Positions 18,916 through 27,921 of a stretch of 64,000 nucleotides of DNA are shown in pieces (position 1 is the stretch's first letter; the number at the start of each line of letters is the position of its first letter). Source of the DNA: Limnothrix sp. BL-A-16 (GTDB lineage: Bacteria; Cyanobacteriota; Cyanobacteriia; CACIAM-69d); NCBI GenBank assembly GCA_041937175.2, contig CP166615.1, positions 608,001 to 672,000 on the forward strand, given 5' to 3'. Position numbers and translations under genes: made by a program. The notes below the pieces were generated by a model. It was not told the DNA's origin. It saw nothing but the letters and a program-made list of their open reading frames with translations, and did no database searches.

Positions 18916-21000
18916 ATGAAAAAAACACCGATTAAAACATCTCAACCCCTCGCCAGACCCAACCAATTACTAACCACCCATCTTCAAGAAACCGCCAACT
19001 TTTCAAAACAAATCATTGCTCCCCATTCCCCCCCTTCCCTCCAATCGATCGCCTACCTCATTGGCGCATTACACGACCTTGGCAAAGCCAATCCTCAATG
19101 GCAAGCCAAACTGAATCGCCCAAACTCCGCCTTGCACGATCGCGTTCCCCACGCCGCCCACGGCGCATGGGTTGCCCTTGAACAGCTCAACCGAAATCCT
19201 GAAGGAGCCACCGCCAAAGCCATTGCCCACTGCATCGCTGCCCACCACACGCGCTTACGAAATTGGGGCGATCGGGAAGGAAAAATCTACGAAACCGAAA
19301 CCGTTGCTCAAACCTGTTGGGATCTTTTAAGACAACTGGATTCTGAGCTTCACGAATCCATCTTGCAAGCAGCCGCCAACAGCCATGAACTCCCCCACAA
19401 CAGCCAGGGTGAAATGACCGTTCGCTTGCTCTATTCCGCCCTCATTGAGGCCGATCGCTGCTCTGCGGCCGCAATTCAACCCGCCGCCTTTCCCGCTTCC
19501 TTGCTGCTTCAGCCTTCTCCTCCCGCCCCCGTTTGCCAACCTAAAGATCAATGGCGCAATTTATTTGCACAGCATTGCCAGCGATTAGCTGAACAACCGC
19601 CCGGCTGGTATCGAATTACTGGCCCCTGTGGTGTTGGCAAAACCCAAGCTTCCGCCCAAGCCATCGCTCAACATATTCAACACAATCAGATGCGCGGGCT
19701 AATCTTTGTGGGGCCGCTGAAATCCGTCATTGAACAGACCGCCCATCACTATCGCCGCTGGTTTGGCGCTGAACAGGTGCTGGAACATCACGGCGATTTT
19801 GATAGCAGTCAAGATGCCGACTATCGCGATCGCTGCGCCCGTTGGAATAGTCCCGTCATCTGCACAAGCGGCGCACAGTTCTTTGATTCACTGCTGAGCG
19901 ATCGAGCAGGGCGTTGCCGCAAGCTTCAGCAATTAATTGGCCGAGCCATTGTGATTGATGAGGCTCAATATTTACCACCTCATTTGGCTGTTCCTGTTCT
20001 GTCAGCCCTCAACACTTTGGTTCAACAATTTGGTTGCACAGTTGTGTTGATGTCAGCCACAAATCCCGCCTTTTCTGGGGTTGCAAAGGTACTGGAAGAG
20101 GCCGGCAGTCCGCTGCCACCTTGGGTTGATGTGGTGCAACCGGATGAAGTCAAGTCTCTGTTTGCTGCCATGACCACAACGAGCTGGCGCTTGGGCGGCC
20201 CCATGAACTGGAACGCGATCGCGAAAGATGTGCAGTCTGCGGGTTGCACTTCCGTGGCCACGATTGTAAATACAACCGCCCTAGCCCGAACTGCCGCAAT
20301 TCAACTGCAAGAATCATTGGCCGATTGGACAATTGCCCACCTTTCGGCGCGGATGTATCCCCAACATCGTGGCCAAACGATTCAGGCAGTACGCCAGGTA
20401 ATTCAACGGGGCGATCGCATTTTGCTGGTCGGTACTCAGGTTATTGAGGCCGGCGTTGATCTGGATTTTCAGCGTCTCTACACCCAAATGGCTCCGTTAG
20501 ACTCCCTGTTGCAGCGGGCGGGGCGATGCGATCGCAATGGTTGTCATCCTGGCTCTGTCGTCACCATTTTTGAGACGGGCCAGGCTTTTGATGTGCGCCA
20601 AACAGATATTGCGGTCACTCGCCCACTGCTGGAGAAAGCTATTGCATCCACCGATGGAATGCTTGAGGCGATCGATCAGTTCTATAGGACTATCTATAGT
20701 CGCGATCGGATCCAAACGGGAATTGAGATCGAGCGTCTGCGTCATTACTGGCAATTTGGTGATGTGGCTGACCGAGCTAAAACGATTGAAGAGGGCGATC
20801 GCATTCGGGTGGTCATTCCTAATTCAGATCTCGATCTGGCCAAGCTATCCAATCAAAAATTAACCTGGAAAGATTGGCGAGAAATCAGTCGCTACTCAGT
20901 TTCTATCCCCCTCAAATATCAAAAAAGTATCGAATTTTGTGCCAATGGCTTGCCCGTCTGGCGCGGTGGATATGACCAATTTGGTTGGGTTGATCCTTAG
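18916..21000 (+). CDS. cas3: Cas3 HD nuclease-helicase
   Basis: LTTHL, LHDLGK, HAAHG, AAHH, LIEADR; GPCGVGKT, LEHH, IDEAQ, LMSAT, VNT, TQVIEAGVDLDF, QRAGRCDR. Confidence 0.96.
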   Translation: MKKTPIKTSQPLARPNQLLTTHLQETANFSKQIIAPHSPPSLQSIAYLIGALHDLGKANPQWQAKLNRPNSALHDRVPHAAHGAWVALEQLNRNPEGATAKAIAHCIAAHHTRLRNWGDREGKIYETETVAQTCWDLLRQLDSELHESILQAAANSHELPHNSQGEMTVRLLYSALIEADRCSAAAIQPAAFPASLLLQPSPPAPVCQPKDQWRNLFAQHCQRLAEQPPGWYRITGPCGVGKTQASAQAIAQHIQHNQMRGLIFVGPLKSVIEQTAHHYRRWFGAEQVLEHHGDFDSSQDADYRDRCARWNSPVICTSGAQFFDSLLSDRAGRCRKLQQLIGRAIVIDEAQYLPPHLAVPVLSALNTLVQQFGCTVVLMSATNPAFSGVAKVLEEAGSPLPPWVDVVQPDEVKSLFAAMTTTSWRLGGPMNWNAIAKDVQSAGCTSVATIVNTTALARTAAIQLQESLADWTIAHLSARMYPQHRGQTIQAVRQVIQRGDRILLVGTQVIEAGVDLDFQRLYTQMAPLDSLLQRAGRCDRNGCHPGSVVTIFETGQAFDVRQTDIAVTRPLLEKAIASTDGMLEAIDQFYRTIYSRDRIQTGIEIERLRHYWQFGDVADRAKTIEEGDRIRVVIPNSDLDLAKLSNQKLTWKDWREISRYSVSIPLKYQKSIEFCANGLPVWRGGYDQFGWVDP

Positions 21001-21025
21001 CTGACTGAGGCCGATCACCTGTCAA

Positions 21026-21562
21026 TCAGCGGGTCAAAGGAGCAGCACCATACCAACCTTGGAGATAGGTTTGCAGCATGGCGGCGGCCGTCGTGCGGCT
21101 GGGGGCCCGATCGGGCATAGACCACCACCCCCAAGCGTGATCGGGCGATCGCCAAAAGGCCTGGTGGGACAGGGGTGGATCGGCCCAAAACTGCGCCCGC
21201 CCGGCCCCCAACCAAGCGGAACTGTGGTGCGTCCATTGATCGTGGCTGAACCGATAAATTGGCAGTCCTCCCGGCAGCGCCACCCCCCAACCATCCCAGG
21301 CAAACACCGCCCGCACTCGCCCACCGCGCCGCTGCCAAGCCTGAGCGGCTCCCAAGGCCGCCACCACTCCCGCACTGAAGCCAATTAGCCCGATCGCCCG
21401 TTGGGGATCGATCTCCCGCAGCGCCTCCAGCACCCGATCGCCCCGATAGGTAGCCTCCCAAATCACCAAAGGTTGCGGCCAGGCGGGTTTCCAGGTGGCT
21501 GCTAAAAACTGTTCCGTCGCCGATCGATCCGCAAAGCCGGGACAAATGCAACAAATCGGCAT
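21026..21562 (-). CDS. Hypothetical protein with alpha/beta-hydrolase-like GxSxG motif
   Basis: ICPG, LIGFSAGVVAA, DGWGV, SHD.WTH.SS, HQ.FWRSP; start MPICC inferred. Confidence 0.75.
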   Translation of the reverse strand: MPICCICPGFADRSATEQFLAATWKPAWPQPLVIWEATYRGDRVLEALREIDPQRAIGLIGFSAGVVAALGAAQAWQRRGGRVRAVFAWDGWGVALPGGLPIYRFSHDQWTHHSSAWLGAGRAQFWADPPLSHQAFWRSPDHAWGWWSMPDRAPSRTTAAAMLQTYLQGWYGAAPLTR

Positions 21563-21960
21563 GGCGGCCTTGGTTCGTTGGGTCTGATCCCTCTGGATTG
21601 GAAGATCGTGAGCGAGTTGACCGTTATTTTGAGGGTCATGAATTTGAGAACCAGAGGCTTGATTTTCCCCATGGAGACAATTCCAAGAATTCCAATATTT
21701 TGCAGACCTATTTAAATTTTTCATCGAAATTGTTACCCAATTTTTGATTGATCTTTGCGTTTAGTGACCAAGCATTACAAAAAGATAAAAGTCCTGATCA
21801 AGATCTCCAAAGAAATTTGTCTTCTTCTCAAGAATTTCCCTTAACTGATGCCGATTGACCAACTGAAATCTGATTCCGCTTTCATAATAGAAATGAATCC
21901 CCCCATGAGGCATTTGCTGTGGCTGCGTCTTCCCAAAAGGCTGAAGGTCAATCCCCCCTG

Positions 21961-23211
21961 ATGGCAACCCAAATCAGCGCGATCGACCCATCGGAAGCCG
22001 AAACTGGGCCCGGTGGTGATCGGGTGGCGGTTTTGCTGATGGGCTATGGCGAGGTGGAATCCTATGCGGATTTTGCCAATTACAACGAACAGGCTTTGAA
22101 CCTGTTAACTGCCAAGTTTGCTCCGGTTCCTCAATGGGTTTATCCGCCTTTGGCAAAATTATTGGCGGCTTTTGATTTGCATGAGTGGAGTCACCAGCAC
22201 GGTCAGTTTATTTCCCCCCACAATGCCATTTTTGAGCGTCAACGATCGGGCATTGAGCAAGCACTCAAACAACGTTGGGGCGATCGCGTCTCGGTGTTTA
22301 AGGCGTTTAACTTTTGTCGTCCCCATTTGCCAGAGCAAGTTTTGGCAGAAATTCGCGATCGGGGATTTAGCAAGTTACTGATTTATCCCTTACTGGTGGT
22401 GGACTCGATTTTCACCAGTGGAATTGCCATTGAGCAGGTCAACCGGGCCTTGAGTCAGTTAACCGATGGCGACACCCATTGGGTGCGATCAATGCGCTAT
22501 TTCCCGTCGTTTCATGACCAGGCTAGCTATATTCAACTGCTGGCGAAGTTGGTGAGCGAAAAAATTGATCGGGACTGGCGATCTCACTTCTTGCCGTCGC
22601 AAATTGGCATTGTGCTGCTGAATCATGGTTGTCCCCACGAAGCCAAGGGGTTTGTGTCAGGAATTGCTGAAAGCCAAGCCCTATATGAATCGGTGCGTCG
22701 GGAGCTGATCACTCGCTATCCCCTGATTTCGATCGGCTGGCTCAATCACGATACGCCCATGATCGATTGGACACAGCCCAATGCTCAATTGGCGGCTCGC
22801 AATTTAATTGAACTGGGAGCCAAAGCAATTTTGATGGCCCCGATCGGGTTTGCCACCGAAAACCATGAAACCTTACTGGATGTGGACCATATTTTCCTAG
22901 CGCTCCAGCGTCAATATCCTGAGGTGGTTTATCAACAATTGCCCTGCGTAAATGATCACCCTGAGTTTTTGGCCATGGCGGCGGATTGGGCTGATCCGCT
23001 GATTACGGAGTTATTGGCAGAAACCAGCGCTGTAATTCACTTCGCCGGGTTCGATCGCTCCAGCCTTGATTCCGCGCATCATCACCACCAAAGCCATAGC
23101 CATGATCATGGTCATGATCACAGTCACGATCACGGTCATGCTCATGGTGACAATCATAGCCATCACGGCCATTCCCATGATCACGCTCATCATCAACATT
23201 CCCATCATTAA
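21961..23211 (+). CDS. Ferrochelatase-family chelatase with His-rich C-terminal tail
   Basis: AVLLMGYG, LIYPL, NHG.P, WTQP, PIGFATENHETLLDV, CVND.PEF; tail HHHHQSHSHDHGHDH... Confidence 0.85.
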   Translation: MATQISAIDPSEAETGPGGDRVAVLLMGYGEVESYADFANYNEQALNLLTAKFAPVPQWVYPPLAKLLAAFDLHEWSHQHGQFISPHNAIFERQRSGIEQALKQRWGDRVSVFKAFNFCRPHLPEQVLAEIRDRGFSKLLIYPLLVVDSIFTSGIAIEQVNRALSQLTDGDTHWVRSMRYFPSFHDQASYIQLLAKLVSEKIDRDWRSHFLPSQIGIVLLNHGCPHEAKGFVSGIAESQALYESVRRELITRYPLISIGWLNHDTPMIDWTQPNAQLAARNLIELGAKAILMAPIGFATENHETLLDVDHIFLALQRQYPEVVYQQLPCVNDHPEFLAMAADWADPLITELLAETSAVIHFAGFDRSSLDSAHHHHQSHSHDHGHDHSHDHGHAHGDNHSHHGHSHDHAHHQHSHH

Positions 23212-23221
23212 GGTTTCAAAT

Positions 23222-24025
23222 TCAAGGTTTCAAATTCAGCGATAGTTGCAGAATTGAAGCGGGATGATTCGGTGTGGGAATTGGCTCGGGACTGGTGGTT
23301 TGGGCTGGGCAATATTGTTTGTAATGACACTGATCGCAATGGGTTCCGGGATTGGGTTCCCAGGCGCGATCGGTTCGTAATCGCTGGGCCAAGTCTGCAA
23401 TCACCGCCTGGGCTGCGATCAACCGTTCTTCAGTGACGGGAATTCGCACCGATTCCCCGGGCCGCAAAAAAATGAGGTTGATGTATTTCAGCTCCCGTTC
23501 CCATTGTTGATTGATGGCGATCGCGTAGAGGCCCACTTGCATCGTGAGCTGATCAAAATCTGGCTCCACAAATTGCCGTGAGGTTTTGTACTCAATTAAT
23601 TCGAGGGAGTCTAAATCAAACCAATCGAGGCGATCGAGCCGACCCGTGAGGGCAAATTCCAAGTCATTGATTTGTAATCGACCTTGAATTTTGGCCTCCG
23701 TGGCCAGGGGTTTGAGGAAGCGATCGCTCGGTTCAATCCAGTGATGGAAATAGCGCACCAAAATATCGTAGCCCTCGGCAATTTGGCGCTCCGTGAGACC
23801 AGCGGTTTCTTGAGTCCAGCAAGCATCAATCCAACTGAGTCCTGGTTTTTGGGGATAGCTATAGTCCCAATCGCGGTAAATTCGCGTGAGTGCCCCATGG
23901 AGCGATCGCCCTAGGGCCGCGCCGCCAAAACCCGCCGTCGGAATTTTATATTCATAGCGAAATTGATATCGAGCGGGACAGGTTTGGTAGGTGGTTAATT
24001 TGGCCGGCGAGAGTCGATAGGACAT
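23222..24025 (-). CDS. RecB/Cas4-like PD-(D/E)XK nuclease with four Cys
   Basis: LSPAKL..Y.TCP, G.SLH, LTGRLDRLD, IEYKTS, Q.GLYA, CDQCHYKQYC. Confidence 0.9.
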   Translation of the reverse strand: MSYRLSPAKLTTYQTCPARYQFRYEYKIPTAGFGGAALGRSLHGALTRIYRDWDYSYPQKPGLSWIDACWTQETAGLTERQIAEGYDILVRYFHHWIEPSDRFLKPLATEAKIQGRLQINDLEFALTGRLDRLDWFDLDSLELIEYKTSRQFVEPDFDQLTMQVGLYAIAINQQWERELKYINLIFLRPGESVRIPVTEERLIAAQAVIADLAQRLRTDRAWEPNPGTHCDQCHYKQYCPAQTTSPEPIPTPNHPASILQLSLNLKP

Positions 24026-24175
24026 TTGGCTTCAGAGGGCTTCAGAAAAACCGGGAATTTGTGACCGCAGAATCTACCGCAGAATCTATAGACTAAAAAG
24101 AATTGGGAGCCGATGCTTAATTTCGGTTAGATTTGCTTAGATTTAAGACATAACTTCAATTTTAAGTCCTCCAAA

Positions 24176-25366
24176 ATGGCCATGGGAATGCGAGCGATCG
24201 GGTTAATGAGCGGCACCTCCGTTGATGGAATCGATGCGGCATTGGTGGAACTGTCGGGAACGGAAACAGACTTGGAAGTGAAGCTACTGCGGTCTGAAAC
24301 CTTTGACTATCCAGCGGCCTTGCGATCACAAATTTTGGCGGTTTGTGCCGGTGAATCCCTATCCATGGCGGCCATGGCTCAGTTGGACGACGCGATCGCC
24401 CGGGAATTTGCGGCGGCCGCCAAAACGATCCAAACGGCACAACCGGATCCAGAACCCATCCGCTTCATTGGTTCCCACGGCCAAACGGTGTTCCATCGCC
24501 CACCCCAAACGGCCAACGAGCAACCCCTGGGCTACAGCTTGCAGTTGGGTCGCGGCAGCGCGATCGCCCACTGGAGCGGCATCACCACCGTCAGCAACTT
24601 TCGGGTGGGTGACTTGGCCATGGGCGGCCAGGGTGCGCCGTTGGTGCCTCGGGTGGATGCTTACCTGTTGGGTGATGAGCAGGAATGTCGCTGTGTGCAA
24701 AATATTGGCGGCATTGGCAATGTGACCTATTTACCGGCCCGGCGGGGTTTTGCCAGTTTGACGGACTGGGAGGGGGCCGTTTGGGGTTGGGATACGGGGC
24801 CGGGCAATGTGTTGGTGGATTTGGCGGTGCAACACCTGACGGACGGGGCCCAAACCTTCGATCGCGATGGAGCCTGGGCGGCCCAAGGACAGATTTCAGA
24901 TCCCCTGGTGACCCAGTGGCTGGCGGATCCCTTCTTTAGTCAGGAACCACCCAAGTCAACCGGACGCGAGCACTTTGGCCCGGACTGGTTGGCCCGCAGC
25001 CGCCAAGCGGCGATCGCCCTGGATCTGTCCGATGCCGATTGGTTAGCCAGCCTCACGGAACTGACGGCCCGTTCCATTGCCGACAGTTACCGCAACCACT
25101 TGCCCCAACTGCCCGATCGGGTCTTGGTCTGCGGGGGTGGCAGTCGCAATCGCACCCTCTGGGCCCGTCTGCAACATCATTTGGGAGCGATCCCACTGGA
25201 AACCACGGATCAATGGGGACTCTGTGCCAGCAGCAAGGAGGCGATCGCCTTTGCCGTTTTGGGCTACTGGCGACTGCTCGATCGCCCCGGCAACCTGCCC
25301 GCCGCCACGGGAGCACGGCAATCCGTACCCCTCGGCGAGGTGTGGCCCGCCCCCAGCGCAGGGTAA
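24176..25366 (+). CDS. anmK: Anhydro-N-acetylmuramic acid kinase
   Basis: [59 protein letters not shown]. Confidence 0.97.
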   Translation: MAMGMRAIGLMSGTSVDGIDAALVELSGTETDLEVKLLRSETFDYPAALRSQILAVCAGESLSMAAMAQLDDAIAREFAAAAKTIQTAQPDPEPIRFIGSHGQTVFHRPPQTANEQPLGYSLQLGRGSAIAHWSGITTVSNFRVGDLAMGGQGAPLVPRVDAYLLGDEQECRCVQNIGGIGNVTYLPARRGFASLTDWEGAVWGWDTGPGNVLVDLAVQHLTDGAQTFDRDGAWAAQGQISDPLVTQWLADPFFSQEPPKSTGREHFGPDWLARSRQAAIALDLSDADWLASLTELTARSIADSYRNHLPQLPDRVLVCGGGSRNRTLWARLQHHLGAIPLETTDQWGLCASSKEAIAFAVLGYWRLLDRPGNLPAATGARQSVPLGEVWPAPSAG

Positions 25367-25428
25367 ACTCGATGGCAGGTTCGTAACAAAACATTTCAAA
25401 TCTGAGTTTTCCCCTGGAGGCCCCACCC

Positions 25429-25869
25429 TTGGCAACCCCCACCGGATTCGGCAAGCCCAAAGCCCAACCCAAAGCAAAATCGAACGATCGCCGCGCCGCC
25501 GCCGCCAGTCAGCTTGATGAGATGCGATCGAAGGGAATGCCGGAATTTGAAGTTTACGTGCGGGTCAAAGACCAGAAACCCTGGTACCCGGTTGGGGCCC
25601 TGGCGGTGAACCGCAGTAATCAAATTAACCAGGCCATCTTTGCCAATGAAAATGACCTGCGCCAAGGGGCGTTCCGGCTTTTTCCGCGCCTGAAAAAACA
25701 GCAGGGCAATTTGGAATATGGCTATCGAATTAAGGCCTATAAGGACGATCCGATTACCCTTGCGGTTCAACCCACGTCGGTGTTGCCTGGGCCACTGCAA
25801 GGGGCGATCGACCAAGTGCGGGAAGGTCTGGGCAGTTTGGTCAGTCGGTTCACGGCCCGCCGCTCCTAG
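25429..25869 (+). CDS. HHL1-like conserved cyanobacterial protein
   Basis: GFG..., MPEFEVYVR, WYPVG.LAV, L..GAFRLFP, LEYGYR; family name from recall. Confidence 0.65.
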   Translation: MATPTGFGKPKAQPKAKSNDRRAAAASQLDEMRSKGMPEFEVYVRVKDQKPWYPVGALAVNRSNQINQAIFANENDLRQGAFRLFPRLKKQQGNLEYGYRIKAYKDDPITLAVQPTSVLPGPLQGAIDQVREGLGSLVSRFTARRS

Positions 25870-25905
25870 CGCCTCATTTCCTAACTTCCTAACCTAAGAA
25901 GTTAA

Positions 25906-26275
25906 GAGGATGTTTACAAAGGATCTTGAGACGCTTGCCAATCCCCAATAGTCGTGGAGGCAAGGGGCTTAGGGCGTGTCGTCAAATCGCCTGAAGCCTT
26001 GATTCCGCCGTTGGCAGATCGTGGGGGACAAGGGGCTTAAGCCCCTTGTTACAATGACTGGGACATGGAAAATCAATCGTTTCCGCCCGATCCTAGGAAA
26101 TGACGACAGGCCCTAAGCCCCTTGTCTACGTTGATCGCTGGGGCCTATGGATTTGAGAAGGATCTTGAGACGCTTGCTAATCCCCAATAGTCGTGGGGGC
26201 AAGGGTCTTAAGCCCCTTGTCTGCGTCGATCGCTGGGGTCTATGGAGTCGCAATTTTGGCTTTTCAAACAGCCTC
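25906..26275. mobile_element. Outer miniature element, family B (GAGGATGTTT ends), with internal duplication and nested insertion
   Basis: TIRs gaggatgtttacaaa / ttttcaaacagcctc; ~86-bp unit repeated at 25921 and 26160. Confidence 0.7.
25972..26113. mobile_element. 142-bp miniature inverted-repeat element, family A, with TA duplication
   Basis: TIRs gggcgtgtcgtca / tgacgacaggccc; splits aaggggct-TA-agcccctt with TA on both sides; homologous to 56990-57132. Confidence 0.88.
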
Positions 26276-26420
26276 TACGACCCAAGTTCGAGTCTCACGA
26301 CCTAGGGCGATCGGGCAGTAACCATTACTGGGATCGCCCCCAAGATCGACCATCAGCGCAATTTGGCTAAGATGGTGACCTACAGAAGCATTGGACTCTT
26401 TCACCAGGAGAGCGATCGGC

Positions 26421-26777
26421 ATGGCCCAACCCGTTCCGCCCGTCATTTTGGCCCCCGTTGAAGATTTGGACCGCGAACGCCAATGGCTGGAGCAGTCCCT
26501 CGCAAACCTCCTCGACTCGGAATATATTCCCGAGGCCGTGAACAGCCAAATTGCCCGCGTAGCCACCAATGCCTATATCCGTCAGCGCATGGAAGGCGAG
26601 GATGATATTGATGGCATTGCGATCGCAATTTTGACGGAAATGCAGGGGTTTGACTTTTCCAAGAGCTTTTTCAGTGAATTTGCGATCGCCAATGCGGTGA
26701 GTGAGCTACTGCTCGATCGGATGGGCATTGAACCCTGTTGTGGTCGCGGCCGCTTTGATCCGCCGGCCGCCGCTTAG
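26421..26777 (+). CDS. Conserved hypothetical protein
   Basis: Clean ORF (LDSEYIPE.VN..IA...RQRMEGE.D...FAIANAVS) upstream of def. Confidence 0.8.
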   Translation: MAQPVPPVILAPVEDLDRERQWLEQSLANLLDSEYIPEAVNSQIARVATNAYIRQRMEGEDDIDGIAIAILTEMQGFDFSKSFFSEFAIANAVSELLLDRMGIEPCCGRGRFDPPAAA

Positions 26778-26915
26778 GAAGCTACCGGGGTTAATCAACA
26801 GCTACTTGGGCGTTGCTGCCATCCAGCCGCAACCCTGAGCACCAGTCCACGGAAAAAACCAATCTTTCGATAGGATGGGAAGGCAGAAAGGTAACCGCCA
26901 AAGACCGCCCCACCC

Positions 26916-27479
26916 ATGACCGCGAAAGTATTGGTTGAGAAGAAAAAGCTCAAGAATCCGCCCCTTGAAATCCACACCCTGGGCGATCGGGTGCTGCGTC
27001 GTCCGGCCAAGCGCGTGGCCAAAGTGGATGCTGAAGTGCGCAAAATCGCTGAAGACATGTTGAAAACCATGTACAGCGCTGACGGCATCGGCCTTGCGGC
27101 TCCCCAAGTGGCGATCGACAAGCAAATTATTGTGATTGACATCGAGCCAGACAAGGCCGATGTGGAACCCCTTATTTTGATCAACCCCGTGGTGAAGTCC
27201 GCAGGCGGCCCCCTGGAATGCGACCAAGAAGGTTGCCTCAGCATCCCGGGAGTCTATTTGGATGTGGAACGCCCCACCCAAATTGAAGTGGCCTACAAAG
27301 ACGAAACGGGCCGCCCCCGCACCCTCAAGGCCGATGGGCTGTTGGCCCGCGCCATCCAGCACGAAATGGATCACCTGAATGGGGTGATGTTTGTCGATCG
27401 GGTCGAAAACGAGCTGGCCTTGACCACCGCCCTCAAGGAAAAAGGCTTTGTCTATGGCGATGTGCGTCCTGTGCGCTAA
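26916..27479 (+). CDS. def: Peptide deformylase
   Basis: GIGLAAPQV, EGCLSIPG, QHEMDHLNG. Confidence 0.98.
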   Translation: MTAKVLVEKKKLKNPPLEIHTLGDRVLRRPAKRVAKVDAEVRKIAEDMLKTMYSADGIGLAAPQVAIDKQIIVIDIEPDKADVEPLILINPVVKSAGGPLECDQEGCLSIPGVYLDVERPTQIEVAYKDETGRPRTLKADGLLARAIQHEMDHLNGVMFVDRVENELALTTALKEKGFVYGDVRPVR

Positions 27480-27513
27480 TGCTCGGGAGCCGCGCCAACC
27501 GATTTCACACCAT

Positions 27514-27586
27514 GGCCTAGTCGAGCAACTTCGGTTGCTGGGCTAGGGCCGGAATCCCCAGACCTTCAGGCTGGAGAAGATATCAG
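27514..27586 (+). mobile_element. IS200/IS605-like right-end remnant
   Basis: C-UUCG-G hairpin (27516-47) followed by gaatccccagaccttcaggctggagaagatatcag, resembling the GAATCCCC...GGGGAGGATGTCAA end pattern; no transposase. Confidence 0.5.
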
Positions 27587-27590
27587 CAAG

Positions 27591-27641
27591 GCAATTTCAA
27601 GAAAGCGATTTCAAGAAAGCGATTTCAAGAAAGCAATTTCA
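27591..27641. repeat. 14-bp tandem repeat (gcgatttcaagaaa) about 3.5 copies
   Basis: Seen directly. Confidence 0.85.
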
Positions 27642-27693
27642 GGTTAATTCAGACCAAGATTTTTCAGCAAAAATTCGGAGCAAATCAAAACCC

Positions 27694-27888
27694 ATGCTGA
27701 CTCCTAAGAGTGGCTTATTTTTGGCGATCGCCTGCGTTGCCGCGATCGCGGCGGTGGGCTGTGTGTTTGAACTCACGTCCGGCGAGCCAGAGTTGGGAAC
27801 CGTCACCACGGGGACGATTCTGGGTCTGAGCATTCCCGTCACGATCGCCAGTTTCTTTGGGGCCATCAAAAACGCCCAACAGGATTAG
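27694..27888 (+). CDS. Small two-helix membrane protein
   Basis: 64 aa, two hydrophobic segments around FEL.SG.PELG. Confidence 0.75.
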   Translation: MLTPKSGLFLAIACVAAIAAVGCVFELTSGEPELGTVTTGTILGLSIPVTIASFFGAIKNAQQD

Positions 27889-27921
27889 GGCTAGCCGCCT
27901 AATCGCCCGCAACCCTAGCTC

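Noticed and set aside
16745..18966. Many ORFs (up to 220 aa) across the CRISPR array
   Set aside because: Translations are just repeat-derived motifs (VSIAAPPERGIL, FNCGPAGAGDFA); artefacts of the array
13462..21000. CRISPR-associated transposon interpretation
   Set aside because: No tnsA/B/C/tniQ genes or transposon ends, and cas3 is intact
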